Assembly (NCBI GenBank): GCA_022360055.1
Contig: JAKSDO010000108.1
Location: 1-63,504 of the forward strand
Reading direction: 5' to 3'
Origin: Cytophagales bacterium
GTDB lineage: Bacteria; Bacteroidota; Bacteroidia; Cytophagales; Cyclobacteriaceae
DNA length: 63,504 nucleotides
Below the pieces are notes generated by a model, which did not search any database, had not been told where the DNA came from, and was given only the letters and a program-made list of their open reading frames with translations. Shown here one piece after another: positions 27,473 to 37,623 of this stretch. The first letter of the stretch is position 1. Every line of letters begins with the position of its first letter. The translations under genes and the position numbers were made by a program.

Positions 27473-28840
27473 TTACTCCGGGACGAGAAAACTAATGATA
27501 AGGATGAATATAAATCCCACTACGGAAATGATCGTCTCCATTACACTCCACGACTGAAGTGTTTGCTTTTCATTCATGTTCAAGTATCTGCCGACCAGCC
27601 AGAATCCGCTGTCGTTTACATGGGAGAATATGGTAGCTCCGGCAGCAATCACCAGAACCACTAATGATTTGCCGATATCGCCTGTCCCCAATATCTGGAT
27701 AACCGGGGCCACCATACCCGCGGCCGTAATCATGGCTACCGTTGCGGAGCCCTGAGTAAGACGGATGATCACGGCAAGGATGTAAGCCAACACCACGGGC
27801 GGAATATTTTTATTACTTACCGTTTCTGCCAGGGCAGCGCCTACCCCGCTGTCGACAAGTATTTGTTTAAAGACACCTCCGGCCCCCGTGACCAAAATAA
27901 TAAGGCCCGCAGGTCCTAACGCTCTGTTGGCCACCTGCATAAGTTGCTTGCCGGTGTATTTGCGTCTGAATCCCAGAAAATACATAGCCGCCAGCGTTGC
28001 AATCAATAACGCAATGAACGGGTGTCCGAGAAATCGAATGAGCTCGGTGCCCCCGGATTTCGGAACCCATTCGTTTTTCAGCGCCAAATCGATGAAGGTA
28101 CTTGCCAGAATTAATGCGAGCGGCAGGGCAATGAGAAAAACGACCCAACCGAACGAAGGTAGGGATTTGTGCTTATCGGCATTGATCAATGTCCGCTCTT
28201 CGTTTAGATCCGGAGGATCAACGTGAATCTTTTTGGCAATGTACTTTGCAAAATATGGTCCGGCAATTACTGCTGTCGGGAAACCCACGATGAAGCCAAA
28301 CAAGATCACCCAGCCCAACTGAACATCGATAATCTCTGCGACGGCAATTGGCCCGGGTGTCGGAGGAATAAATGCGTGCGTGACCGCTAATCCGGCAAGC
28401 AAAGGTATGGCATAATATAAGACAGAGCGGCCTGTTTTCCTGGCCAGGGCATATGCCATCGGAACAAGAATGATGAATCCGACGTCCAGGAACACAGGAA
28501 TCGCAATGATAAAACCGGTGGTCATCATAGCCCATGAAGAGCGCTCTTCACCGAATTTTTTAAGCATGGACCTGGATAGGGACTCCGCCCCTCCCGAAAC
28601 CTGCAAAATCTCGCCAAATATCGAACCGATCCCGACAACGATCGCAATGAAGCCGAGAATGTCGCCCATACCTTCCTGAACGCTCTCAATTACGTCCATA
28701 AACGGCATGCCCGTCAGTATTCCCACGAAGACACTGGTAAGCATCAAAGAAATGAATGCGTGGATTTTAAACTTGATCACCAGTACAAAAAGTATGGCGA
28801 TCGCAGTGGTTGTGACTAGAAAAAGCTCTATTGCCGTCAT
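27473..28840 (-). CDS. GntP-family (gluconate:H+ symporter-like) permease
   Basis: 455 aa, ~12 TM. Glycine-rich re-entrant segments typical of the GntP/DsdX family. Confidence 0.8.
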   Translation of the reverse strand: MTAIELFLVTTTAIAILFVLVIKFKIHAFISLMLTSVFVGILTGMPFMDVIESVQEGMGDILGFIAIVVGIGSIFGEILQVSGGAESLSRSMLKKFGEERSSWAMMTTGFIIAIPVFLDVGFIILVPMAYALARKTGRSVLYYAIPLLAGLAVTHAFIPPTPGPIAVAEIIDVQLGWVILFGFIVGFPTAVIAGPYFAKYIAKKIHVDPPDLNEERTLINADKHKSLPSFGWVVFLIALPLALILASTFIDLALKNEWVPKSGGTELIRFLGHPFIALLIATLAAMYFLGFRRKYTGKQLMQVANRALGPAGLIILVTGAGGVFKQILVDSGVGAALAETVSNKNIPPVVLAYILAVIIRLTQGSATVAMITAAGMVAPVIQILGTGDIGKSLVVLVIAAGATIFSHVNDSGFWLVGRYLNMNEKQTLQSWSVMETIISVVGFIFILIISFLVPE

Positions 28841-28848
28841 GGCAAAAA

Positions 28849-29823
28849 CTATTTACCGTTATACCAAAAGCTTCGGAGCCATATGTGCCTGCGCAGCTTT
28901 TTGATAAGTGCTTCGGGCATATCTGGCATATCCGAGACCTCAATGTTTCCGGAGGCCTGGTCTTCGTTTCTTATACCGGTAATCACCGTACTTACTGCCG
29001 GATGGGAAAGCACAAATTTCAAAGCCGTCTGAGGCATCGTATATCCAGATCCTTTGATGTCCTTCCTGATCGCTTCGACCCGGGCGACCGCCCTGGCCAG
29101 ACGGTCGCCTTCAAAATACTTGCTGCGAAAATCATCCTTTGGAAACAGATGATCGCCGGTATACTTGCCCGTTAATATGCCCTCATCAAAAGCTACCCGT
29201 ACGATCACTCCGACATTTGCATCCAGGGCTACCGGCAAAAGTTCGGCTGCGGGTTCCTGATCAAAGATATTGTAGATGAGCTGAACCGTATCCAGGTATC
29301 CCTCTTTCATCAGATAAATCAATGCGTTCTGATCATGCTCAGGGGTGCTGATCCCAACATGTTTTATGATGCCTTCGGATTTAAGTTTATGCAAAATATC
29401 CAGCGGTTTGGGATTGCGGTTCCACGCACGGGTCCAAGTGTGCAGTTGAAGCATGTCGATACAATCCGTATCCAGGTTTTTACGGCAGGTATCCACCGCC
29501 GTTCTAATGTATTTTTCAGAGTATCTCTCTTCGACATTACAGTATGGCGAAGGCGGCCATGGCCCGTCCGCCGGAGGGATTTTTGTGGCCACAACTACTT
29601 TTTCGCTCCTTTCCTTCAGCACTTCGGAAATGATCTGCTCACTTTTCCCATTTCCATAGACCAGAGCCGTGTCAATAAAGTTCATTCCCAAATCAATGGC
29701 TTTGTCCAGCGCCTCAACAGAATCCGATACATTTTGGGCTCCCCAATGCGAACCAATTGCCCAGGCTCCGAATCCTATTTCAGAAACTCGGATACCCGTT
29801 TTGCCCAATATTCTATATTTCAT
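28849..29823 (-). CDS. Aldo/keto reductase family oxidoreductase
   Basis: 324 aa. N-terminal LGKTGIRVSEIGFGAWAIG, FIDTALVYGNGKSE, LQLHTW are AKR hallmarks. 8-nt gap to the GntP gene (operon). Confidence 0.85.
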   Translation of the reverse strand: MKYRILGKTGIRVSEIGFGAWAIGSHWGAQNVSDSVEALDKAIDLGMNFIDTALVYGNGKSEQIISEVLKERSEKVVVATKIPPADGPWPPSPYCNVEERYSEKYIRTAVDTCRKNLDTDCIDMLQLHTWTRAWNRNPKPLDILHKLKSEGIIKHVGISTPEHDQNALIYLMKEGYLDTVQLIYNIFDQEPAAELLPVALDANVGVIVRVAFDEGILTGKYTGDHLFPKDDFRSKYFEGDRLARAVARVEAIRKDIKGSGYTMPQTALKFVLSHPAVSTVITGIRNEDQASGNIEVSDMPDMPEALIKKLRRHIWLRSFWYNGK

Positions 29824-29925
29824 TCGTTTATATTTTATTAGTTTGCCGACACACAGAGAAATATAATCATGCTCATGTGTGTCTTAAATTTGCTCCGGCC
29901 ACGCCGGTTTCATAGTATTATATCC
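29824..29925 (-). promoter_or_regulatory. Conserved ~95-nt leader element, copy A (immediately 5' of the AKR ATG; TATAAT box at its distal end)
   Basis: ~80% identical to 55001..55098 over ~95 nt in the same orientation and at the same position relative to a minus-strand start codon. Shared core AGTTTGCCGACAC..GAG.AATATA.TCATGCT..TGTGTGTC.T.AA.TTGCTCCGG....GCCGGTTTCAT. Confidence 0.4.
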
Positions 29926-30052
29926 ATACGTTACCAATATAGGTACATTCTGCAAAAAATCAATATGGATTCGCAAGACGAATAATCAGAGGGTATGTTT
30001 TCCGTTTGAAAATTGACATCAACCTTATTACTTTGCAAAAAATTCAGGTGTA

Positions 30053-32416
30053 TTGAAATCGATAAAACCCAAGCCACAACAGAAAAAAGGCACATTCAAA
30101 AAGACGGCATTCAAGCTCGGGCTTTACGCGATTCTGGGCGTTATTTGTTTCCCGGTCATTTTGCTTTTCTCTATAAAAATTGGCGTTGTGGGCAAACTTC
30201 CGGATCATGAGCAACTTCGGAATATTCAAAATTTTGAAGCTTCGGAAGTCTATAGTGCCGACGGCATATTGCTGGGCAAATATTTTATCCAGAACAGAAC
30301 CGTCCTCGAGTATGACCAAATGTCCAAACATCTGATCGAAGCCTTGGTATCAACCGAAGATGAGCGTTTTTTCGAGCATCACGGAATTGATTACAGAAGC
30401 CTCGCCCGGGTATTTTTTAAAACATTTTTGCTCGGCGACCGAAGCTCGGGAGGAGGCTCGACCATCACCCAGCAGCTCGCCAAGAATATATTCCACAGGC
30501 AGGAATATCCGTATCTTTCAATAGTCATTACAAAGCTTCGCGAAATGCTGATCGCATCGGATCTCGAAGAAATATACACCAAACCGGAAATATTGGCTTT
30601 GTACCTCAACACGGTTCCCTTCGGAGGAAATACGTATGGCGTGGAAGCATCGAGTAATCTGTTTTTTAATAAACCGGCGCATGAAGTAAACGTCCAGGAA
30701 GCCGCATTATTGATCGGTATGCTTAAAGCCACAACATATTACAATCCAAAGAATAATCCTGAAAGCGCCTTAAAACGGAGAAATACGGTGTTAGGACAAA
30801 TGGCCAGGGCCGGAATCTTTTCCGGAGAGGATCTGGATTCGCTGATGAGGCTTCCCATTGTGCTGGATTACAACAAAAAGGATGAGCATGAGGGCATAGC
30901 TACCTACTTCCGGGAGCATGTTCGATTGACATTAAAAAAGTTGATCCCTCTGATTGCAGATAGCCTTGGAGAAAGCTATAACTTGTATACAGACGGCTTA
31001 AAGGTCTATACAACAGTCGATTCCAGGTTGCAAACATATGCTGAGAAAGCTGTGTACAGGCATATGAGATCGCTGCAACACTCATTTGATAACCATTGGA
31101 AAGACCGCAAAAAACCATGGGAGGAAGATGATGACATCATGAAGCTGGCTTTGAATAACAGTGCATCTTTTCAGCAGCTCAAAGATCGGAACGTGTCGGA
31201 GGATTCAATTTTCAAATGGATAAATCTTAAAAGGAAAATGGACGTTTATTCATGGAGCGGGAAAGAATCGCTTCAGTTGAGTACGATGGATTCCATCCGG
31301 TTTTACCTGCGGTTCCTAAATACGGGATTTCTATCCGTAGATCCGGTAAGCGGAGGAATCAAAGCCTGGGTTGGTGGTATAAATCATCGCTTTTTTAAAT
31401 ATGATCATGTCGATGAAAACTCAAAGAGGCAGGTTGGTTCTGTCTTTAAACCAATTGTTTATGCTTCGGCCTTGGAACAAAATATCTCACCTTGCGATCA
31501 CATCAAGGCCGAGCAGGAAACATACATCGAAAAAGATAAGGCGTGGAAACCGGGCAATGCGGATCATGAGTACGAAGGCAAATATTCCCTGGAAGGAGCG
31601 CTCACCGAATCGGTGAATACGGTTTCGGTAAAAGTTCTGGAAAAGGCGGGAATTGAAAATGCCATATCCCTGGCCAGGGATATGGGCATTCGAAGTGAAA
31701 TTCCCAGCGTCCCTTCCATTGCATTGGGAACGCCAAGCATTTCTTTGATCGAAATGGTTGAGGCATATTGCACGTTTGCCAATTACGGCAGACGAATACG
31801 ACCATTTTTCATCACGCGAATTGAGAACAAAGACGGCGATATCATCTGGAAACATACTCCGGGCAAACAAGATCAGGTACTTACAAAAAGAACCAGCTTG
31901 ATGATGATCGAAATGCTGAAAAATGTGGTAAACTCCGGAACGGCCGTTAGAATACGAAATACGTATAAGCTAAACAACGACATCGCGGGAAAAACAGGGA
32001 CCACCCAATCGAATGCGGACGGATGGTTTATGGCGGTCACGCCAAAGCTGGTATCAGGGGTTTGGGTCGGAGGCGAATATCCCGGCATTCATTTCAGAAC
32101 GACGGCCCTTGGACAAGGCGCCAATATGGCTTTGCCCATTTACGCTTTATACCAGCAGCAGATCAACCGGGATAAGCGATTCGGCCAAATTGCCCGGGCC
32201 AGATTCCCGGAGCCTCCCGAAACCATACGAAAGGAGCTTGATTGCGACCCGTTTGAAGACGATGTAAATTTCTGGGAGGCTTTATTCGGGACCAAAGAAG
32301 ATCGCGAAGCAAAGCGGGCCGAACGGAAGCAATACTCCAAAAAGCCGGTTCCGGCAAAAAAAGAGAAAGGGCTCTTCAAGGGCCTGAAGAAGCTCTTCAA
32401 GAAAAAAGACAGATAG
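30053..32416 (+). CDS. Penicillin-binding protein 1A (bifunctional transglycosylase/transpeptidase)
   Basis: 787 aa. GT51 motif EDERFFEHHGID; transpeptidase motifs SVFKP (SxxK) and KTGTT (KTG). N-terminal TM anchor. Confidence 0.9.
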   Translation: MKSIKPKPQQKKGTFKKTAFKLGLYAILGVICFPVILLFSIKIGVVGKLPDHEQLRNIQNFEASEVYSADGILLGKYFIQNRTVLEYDQMSKHLIEALVSTEDERFFEHHGIDYRSLARVFFKTFLLGDRSSGGGSTITQQLAKNIFHRQEYPYLSIVITKLREMLIASDLEEIYTKPEILALYLNTVPFGGNTYGVEASSNLFFNKPAHEVNVQEAALLIGMLKATTYYNPKNNPESALKRRNTVLGQMARAGIFSGEDLDSLMRLPIVLDYNKKDEHEGIATYFREHVRLTLKKLIPLIADSLGESYNLYTDGLKVYTTVDSRLQTYAEKAVYRHMRSLQHSFDNHWKDRKKPWEEDDDIMKLALNNSASFQQLKDRNVSEDSIFKWINLKRKMDVYSWSGKESLQLSTMDSIRFYLRFLNTGFLSVDPVSGGIKAWVGGINHRFFKYDHVDENSKRQVGSVFKPIVYASALEQNISPCDHIKAEQETYIEKDKAWKPGNADHEYEGKYSLEGALTESVNTVSVKVLEKAGIENAISLARDMGIRSEIPSVPSIALGTPSISLIEMVEAYCTFANYGRRIRPFFITRIENKDGDIIWKHTPGKQDQVLTKRTSLMMIEMLKNVVNSGTAVRIRNTYKLNNDIAGKTGTTQSNADGWFMAVTPKLVSGVWVGGEYPGIHFRTTALGQGANMALPIYALYQQQINRDKRFGQIARARFPEPPETIRKELDCDPFEDDVNFWEALFGTKEDREAKRAERKQYSKKPVPAKKEKGLFKGLKKLFKKKDR

Positions 32417-32656
32417 CTTCATCAAATTCAAACCGGCCCCGGGGCGCTCAGAGCCAAACACAGTACGACACAGCACCTTGAGAAGAAGTCCGAGCAAGAG
32501 GCTCGAACCAGCCCTTAAGTAAAAAGTATCATTTCGAACGGAGTGAGAAATCCGGTTCAATCAACACCGGGCCACCACGAACAAGCCGGAGCTCTCCGGA
32601 CGTCGAGATGACAAGGCAGGAGCTCGGAATGAGAAAAACGTCGTTTTACGATTAAC

Positions 32657-33469
32657 TTAACGATAGAAAAGGTGTTCGATCAATGCTGCCGGCCTGTCAT
32701 AAATCAAACCGTCGATGCCTTTTTTTAAAGGCAGATCAAGTACTTTAAGATCCAAATCCCCGGCTGTCATCCAAACATCGACGCCCTTTTCATGAATGGC
32801 CGGGATCAGTTCTTCATGTTCTTCGATCCACTCGGGCCAAAGACGTATTTTGTGCACGCCCGCCTCAATAAAATCATCTACGGATTGAATGCCGGGAATA
32901 AACCCAAGCAGCGTGACGTTTCTATCCATCCGTTTTACTGTCTTTAGATCTTCCAGACTTCGGACACCAATAATAATCGATGACTGCATCTGATATTTGC
33001 CGGCAGCCTGCAACACTTCCTTTAAATCAACGGATTCACTTGCTTTGATGTCAAGTACCAATCCGACTCCGGACCCGGAAGCTATTTTTAACAGCTCTTC
33101 AAAGGTGGGTATTTTTTCTCCGTTGCCCAGGTCCAGTTGCTTCAATGCATTTATCGACCATTCCGATAAACGTCCTTCGCCGTTTGTCGTACGATCCAAT
33201 GTTGCATCGTGGAAAACAACGATCTCGCCATCGCCGGATGCGCGCAGATCCGCCTCAATATAATCCACTCCCAATTCAATGGATCGCTTAAAAGCCGATA
33301 AGGTATTTTCGGGGACCCCTTCAACGATCCCGCCCCGATGCGCAATAACCATAACCTCCGAATCGACATGGCGGGGCTGTCCAAACAACAAAACGGAGCA
33401 TTGAACAAAGAACCACAGAAAAGCAATCCGGTATCCCCCCTTCAGCTTTGGCATACAACAGCACGTCAC
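32657..33469 (-). CDS. Glycerophosphodiester phosphodiesterase family protein
   Basis: 270 aa. VIAHRGG...ENT and IEADL motifs of GDPD. Overlaps the upstream SDR gene by 4 nt. Confidence 0.8.
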   Translation of the reverse strand: MTCCCMPKLKGGYRIAFLWFFVQCSVLLFGQPRHVDSEVMVIAHRGGIVEGVPENTLSAFKRSIELGVDYIEADLRASGDGEIVVFHDATLDRTTNGEGRLSEWSINALKQLDLGNGEKIPTFEELLKIASGSGVGLVLDIKASESVDLKEVLQAAGKYQMQSSIIIGVRSLEDLKTVKRMDRNVTLLGFIPGIQSVDDFIEAGVHKIRLWPEWIEEHEELIPAIHEKGVDVWMTAGDLDLKVLDLPLKKGIDGLIYDRPAALIEHLFYR

Positions 33470-34185
33470 TTCTTAGGCGGTTGACTCGGGCGAACCTCGA
33501 TTTTTGAAGGAAGTGTTCTCGGGTCCAGTTTGAGTAAATCCACAACAATCTGCCCGAGGTCTTCAATCTGGATCTTCCAGGCGTCATTCTCATTTGGAAT
33601 ATGATTATTGAAATATGTGGCGACCGAGCCCGGCATGATCACGCTTACATTAATCCCCTGATGTCTTAGATCCAGCATCATGGCCTGTGTAAATCCGACA
33701 AGACCAAATTTGCTTGCATTATACGCCGAGCCGCCCGCAAAGAAATTGGCTCCTGCAAGACTTGCCATGGTCAATATGTATCCTCTCGTCTTTTTCAATT
33801 CGGGAATGCATGCCTTTACGCTATTAAAAACTCCGGTGAGGTTAATGTCGATCGTTTCGTTCCATTGTTCAGGGGTGAGGTCATTTATCGAGCCAAAATG
33901 CCCCACTCCGGCATTTGCAACGAGCACATCCAATTTGTTCCATTTTGCCCGGATACTGCCTACCGCATTTTCCAAAGATTGCGGATCCCTAACGTCCGAT
34001 ACCACACCTATCACTTCTCCCGTCCCTATTTTCTTCAGTTCATCCACAGCCTGTTGCACTCCGTCGGAATTCCTGCCCGTAATGGCCACATGCATCGATT
34101 CCTTAAGCATCGATTCGGCTATGCCATAGCCTATACCTTTTGTGCCTCCCGTAATTAAAGCGGTTTTTTGCGTTATATCTCTCAT
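33466..34185 (-). CDS. Short-chain dehydrogenase/reductase (SDR)
   Basis: 239 aa. ITGGTKGIGYGIA (TGxxxGxG) and the catalytic YNASK motif. Confidence 0.85.
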   Translation of the reverse strand: MRDITQKTALITGGTKGIGYGIAESMLKESMHVAITGRNSDGVQQAVDELKKIGTGEVIGVVSDVRDPQSLENAVGSIRAKWNKLDVLVANAGVGHFGSINDLTPEQWNETIDINLTGVFNSVKACIPELKKTRGYILTMASLAGANFFAGGSAYNASKFGLVGFTQAMMLDLRHQGINVSVIMPGSVATYFNNHIPNENDAWKIQIEDLGQIVVDLLKLDPRTLPSKIEVRPSQPPKK

Positions 34186-34254
34186 GTTCGGTTAAGTTTT
34201 ATGATTTTTAAGTTTAAGGTCCGGTTGTGTTTCATGAAATTAGATCAAATTGGT

Positions 34255-35307
34255 TTAAAGAACATCATATCCTGAAACATAAAATGGCAAATTTCCTTCA
34301 ATTTGTTTTGAGCGCGGCTCTTTTGCCACAATATCAATGGATTTCTCTCCCATGATCTTGCGGACAACTCCAAGGGAAAGATGCCTAATTCGATCATAAA
34401 TGTCTGATCTTGGATCAAGGCAAATCACACCTGAAAATAAACGGTAGTGCGAAAGTATATGTTCAAATAAAAGTTCCAAATCCTTTTCATGCCCCTTCCT
34501 GCAATAAATATATTCCAAGAACACAAAATTATAGTCGGGATTAAAAAGCCTTTTCAGGAATGGTAAACGCGGAAGAACACGCATCGCGATTTTACCTGTA
34601 AATCCGGGCAGGCTTTTGATCTCCCATCCGTCTTTAATGCCCTGTGCCCCACAGACAATTTCGCCATCCTTGTAAATTGCGAAATAGTTCCCCCCGGCTA
34701 TCAGGTGCTCGAATGAAACCAGTTGTTCCTTCTTGTAAAACGCTCGGAGCAGTTCCACAATAATTTTTCTTTCCGAACTTTTAATCCGTTGCACGTTCTT
34801 GCCGGGCTTTGGGAAAAACCGGGTAAACGGGATGGTTTTAAATGTGCCTTTTTTTTCAAACCCGAATTCATCAATTAATCTCTTCGACCTGATATTTTCC
34901 GGATCTACATATGCGTAAAGAACCAAATCGTCGCTGCCGTCCAGTCCTTGTCCGTTCATCAGGCCGGCAACATCCTCACGAATCATGCCGACACTTCTTC
35001 CGGCGAACTTTTTCGGATTATTTGCTCTCAGTTTTTCATGGATCGTGAAATAGCGCAGATAATACGCCTGATGTGACCTGCCTGAAGAGTAAACGTTTCG
35101 ATGTATCAGACAGATGGTTCCGTATAGTTTACCCCGGATTGAAAGATTGGCAAAATACGCGTGTTGGATCGCCTTGACTTTAGACCGGACATTTTTGTGC
35201 CGATAAAGCATGCTTTCACCCGGCGATCCGATCAAATTATTCTCAAGTAATTCGATAAGCTGATCACCTGGCTCGTTGTCTATTTTAAGTACCTTAAAAA
35301 CCGTCAA
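34255..35307 (-). CDS. Hypothetical protein (possibly tandem GNAT-like fold)
   Basis: 350 aa. The segment YAYVDPENIRSKRLIDEFGFEKKGTF resembles a GNAT C-terminal motif. No signal peptide. Confidence 0.35.
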   Translation of the reverse strand: MTVFKVLKIDNEPGDQLIELLENNLIGSPGESMLYRHKNVRSKVKAIQHAYFANLSIRGKLYGTICLIHRNVYSSGRSHQAYYLRYFTIHEKLRANNPKKFAGRSVGMIREDVAGLMNGQGLDGSDDLVLYAYVDPENIRSKRLIDEFGFEKKGTFKTIPFTRFFPKPGKNVQRIKSSERKIIVELLRAFYKKEQLVSFEHLIAGGNYFAIYKDGEIVCGAQGIKDGWEIKSLPGFTGKIAMRVLPRLPFLKRLFNPDYNFVFLEYIYCRKGHEKDLELLFEHILSHYRLFSGVICLDPRSDIYDRIRHLSLGVVRKIMGEKSIDIVAKEPRSKQIEGNLPFYVSGYDVL

Positions 35308-35310
35308 ATT

Positions 35311-36798
35311 CTATTCGTCTTTGAGATCCGGCAAATCAAAATCATTAAACACGCTTGGTTCCCGCATCAATTCTTCAATTTCATCGCTTTTCCTCGGAGC
35401 GAGATCGGAAAGCAACTCACAGCCGTCTTTTGTAATTAAAAAATCATCTTCAATACGGACGGGAATATCCCACCACTTTTTGTTGCACGGGCTTCCTTCG
35501 GGTATATAAATTCCTGGTTCTATGGTAATTACCATATTTTCTTCAAGCAGATCATAAGTGCCTTTGTCGTGTACATCGAGCCCGATATGATGGCAACATC
35601 CGTGCGGATAATAGCGATTTCTGCCCGTCTCCGGATTCACGACATCCGCACTGTCCAGGCTTTTGTAGATGCCGATATCGACCAACCCCTGGTTCACAAC
35701 CTTCAAAGTTGCGTCATACAGATCATCGAATGAGGCGCCTGCTCTGCATATTTCCATAGCTGCTTCCTGCGCTCTGAGCACAAGATCATATATGATCTTC
35801 TGCTCCTTTGAGAATTTACCGTTTACGGGAATTGTTCTGGTGACATCTGCCGTATACCCGTGATATTCAGCTCCCAGGTCCATTAATATCAACTCGCCGT
35901 CTTCAATTTCGGCTTTGTAGTTTTCAATATAATGCAGTACACAGCCGTTATGTCCGGCTCCGACAATGCTCGGATATCCTTCATATTCGGCGCGATATTT
36001 TTTGAAGATAAATTCATGCATGCCCTGTACCTCGGTCTCGGACATCCCCGGGCGCATGGCTTTCATGACCTCCCGCTGGCCCAGCGTTGAAATGTCTACG
36101 GCTCTTCGGATCAGATCCAGTTCCTCATCCGATTTTACTTCACGCAATTGAGCCATCAACGAATGCAGCATTTCAGTATCGTGATTGCGCGCTTCGGGTT
36201 CAGGGTTGAGCTCCAGATGGCCGACATCGTAGTCGATTTTGTCTTTGAAGGCCTCAATCAGTTCATACAAATCACCGGATTCCCCTGAATTGCGTACATC
36301 ATCTTTGAAGTCATAAAAAAGTACTTTGTCAAATTTCGAGAAATCGAGGTTGAATTTCTTGAAGTCCGGTCCTTCGAAGGCGACCTGAATATCGAGCTTT
36401 TTTACTGCGTCGTCGCGGCTAAGCCGTGCCCCGTCATACAATTCTGCCAAAGCATTTCGTGGCCTCACAAATATGATTTCATCAACGCGGGCTTTACCTA
36501 TTTTCTGCGGCGCTTTAAAAATTATGAATAAGCTGTGCGGTTTCTTGTGGCCTGTGAGATAATAAAAGTCCGGGTCCTGATGGTACACGTAGTTGACATC
36601 ATTTGATCTGTTCCGTATGGGATTGGAGAAAAAAACAGCCGCCGAATTGTCTGGCATGAGTGCCCTTAAAGCTTCTCTGCGGCCTTTGTGAAAGTCAGAA
36701 CTGAGAAAATCTTCCTGTGCCCGACATGGCGAACAAAAAAACAATCCCTTGAAAAACAGTCCTGCGAACAGAACGGGCAGATATTTAATCTTGCGCAT
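35311..36798 (-). CDS. Xaa-Pro aminopeptidase (M24B) with N-terminal AMP_N domain, secreted
   Basis: 495 aa. Signal peptide. M24 metal ligands in DLGAEYHGYTADVTRT ... HGCCHHIGLDVHD ... ITIEPGIY. Confidence 0.85.
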   Translation of the reverse strand: MRKIKYLPVLFAGLFFKGLFFCSPCRAQEDFLSSDFHKGRREALRALMPDNSAAVFFSNPIRNRSNDVNYVYHQDPDFYYLTGHKKPHSLFIIFKAPQKIGKARVDEIIFVRPRNALAELYDGARLSRDDAVKKLDIQVAFEGPDFKKFNLDFSKFDKVLFYDFKDDVRNSGESGDLYELIEAFKDKIDYDVGHLELNPEPEARNHDTEMLHSLMAQLREVKSDEELDLIRRAVDISTLGQREVMKAMRPGMSETEVQGMHEFIFKKYRAEYEGYPSIVGAGHNGCVLHYIENYKAEIEDGELILMDLGAEYHGYTADVTRTIPVNGKFSKEQKIIYDLVLRAQEAAMEICRAGASFDDLYDATLKVVNQGLVDIGIYKSLDSADVVNPETGRNRYYPHGCCHHIGLDVHDKGTYDLLEENMVITIEPGIYIPEGSPCNKKWWDIPVRIEDDFLITKDGCELLSDLAPRKSDEIEELMREPSVFNDFDLPDLKDE

Positions 36799-37141
36799 TG
36801 ATGTAGCATTATTTAGTTGATCCGAAGAGTTTTTTCTGTCAAAATAAACCGAATTATGCTAAAGTTCATGCAGGGAAGAGGTTTTTTATTTTGAATAAGT
36901 TCAATCGCCACCCGGTCTCAAAAAAGCGATATTGGGATCTTCCGAAAACACAGGCGATACGGAATCGCCAAAGACAACAATTTTTATCGCAATAAACATC
37001 ATCTTGAAATATTTAAGGGCAAAATACAGTTATAAGTATGGGAGATCTCCGATCATTTTATGTTCCGGTTTAAGCCGGCCATTAAACATTTTTTTGCAAA
37101 ATAACTTTCATTATATACTTTTGAAATCTAATTTTTAAACG

Positions 37142-37549
37142 ATGGAACACCATAAATCTACATTTCAACGAGCGTTTGCTCATCTTTACTACCTCATGCT
37201 TTCGGCAGATAAAATTGCTGATTTAAATGAGTTGGAGCTTGGAAATAAAATAATTGCGCTTGAAAACCTGGACAAAACCGAAGTGATGAAAGATCTGGAT
37301 TTACTGAGTGCCGTTCCGAGAAACGAAGCTTTGAAGGACTGCATAGATTTGTTAAAATCAATCTCCAGAAAGGAACAGCAAAAGTGCCTGGCTTATGTAA
37401 AATTAATCGCCAATGCCGACGGATCTTATGATGATTCGGAAAGCGATTTGTTAAATGAAATCGGGACGAATGAATTAAACATCCTGCCGTCGGAGATCAG
37501 AGATATTGAACGAGAATTAAAGCAGCGAATTTCCGAAATTGAAGGATAG
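37142..37549 (+). CDS. TerB-like (tellurite-resistance TerB / DjlA-N-like) small protein
   Basis: 135 aa. Two helical TerB-type motifs (HLYYLMLSADKIADLNELE ... CLAYVKLIANADGSYDDSESDLL). Confidence 0.5.
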   Translation: MEHHKSTFQRAFAHLYYLMLSADKIADLNELELGNKIIALENLDKTEVMKDLDLLSAVPRNEALKDCIDLLKSISRKEQQKCLAYVKLIANADGSYDDSESDLLNEIGTNELNILPSEIRDIERELKQRISEIEG

Positions 37550-37623
37550 TTTTTTAGCCGGTTGTTCAGCCGACCCTACAAAAGTCACATCCGAAAATTT
37601 GATAATAATAATGTAAATTTCAT

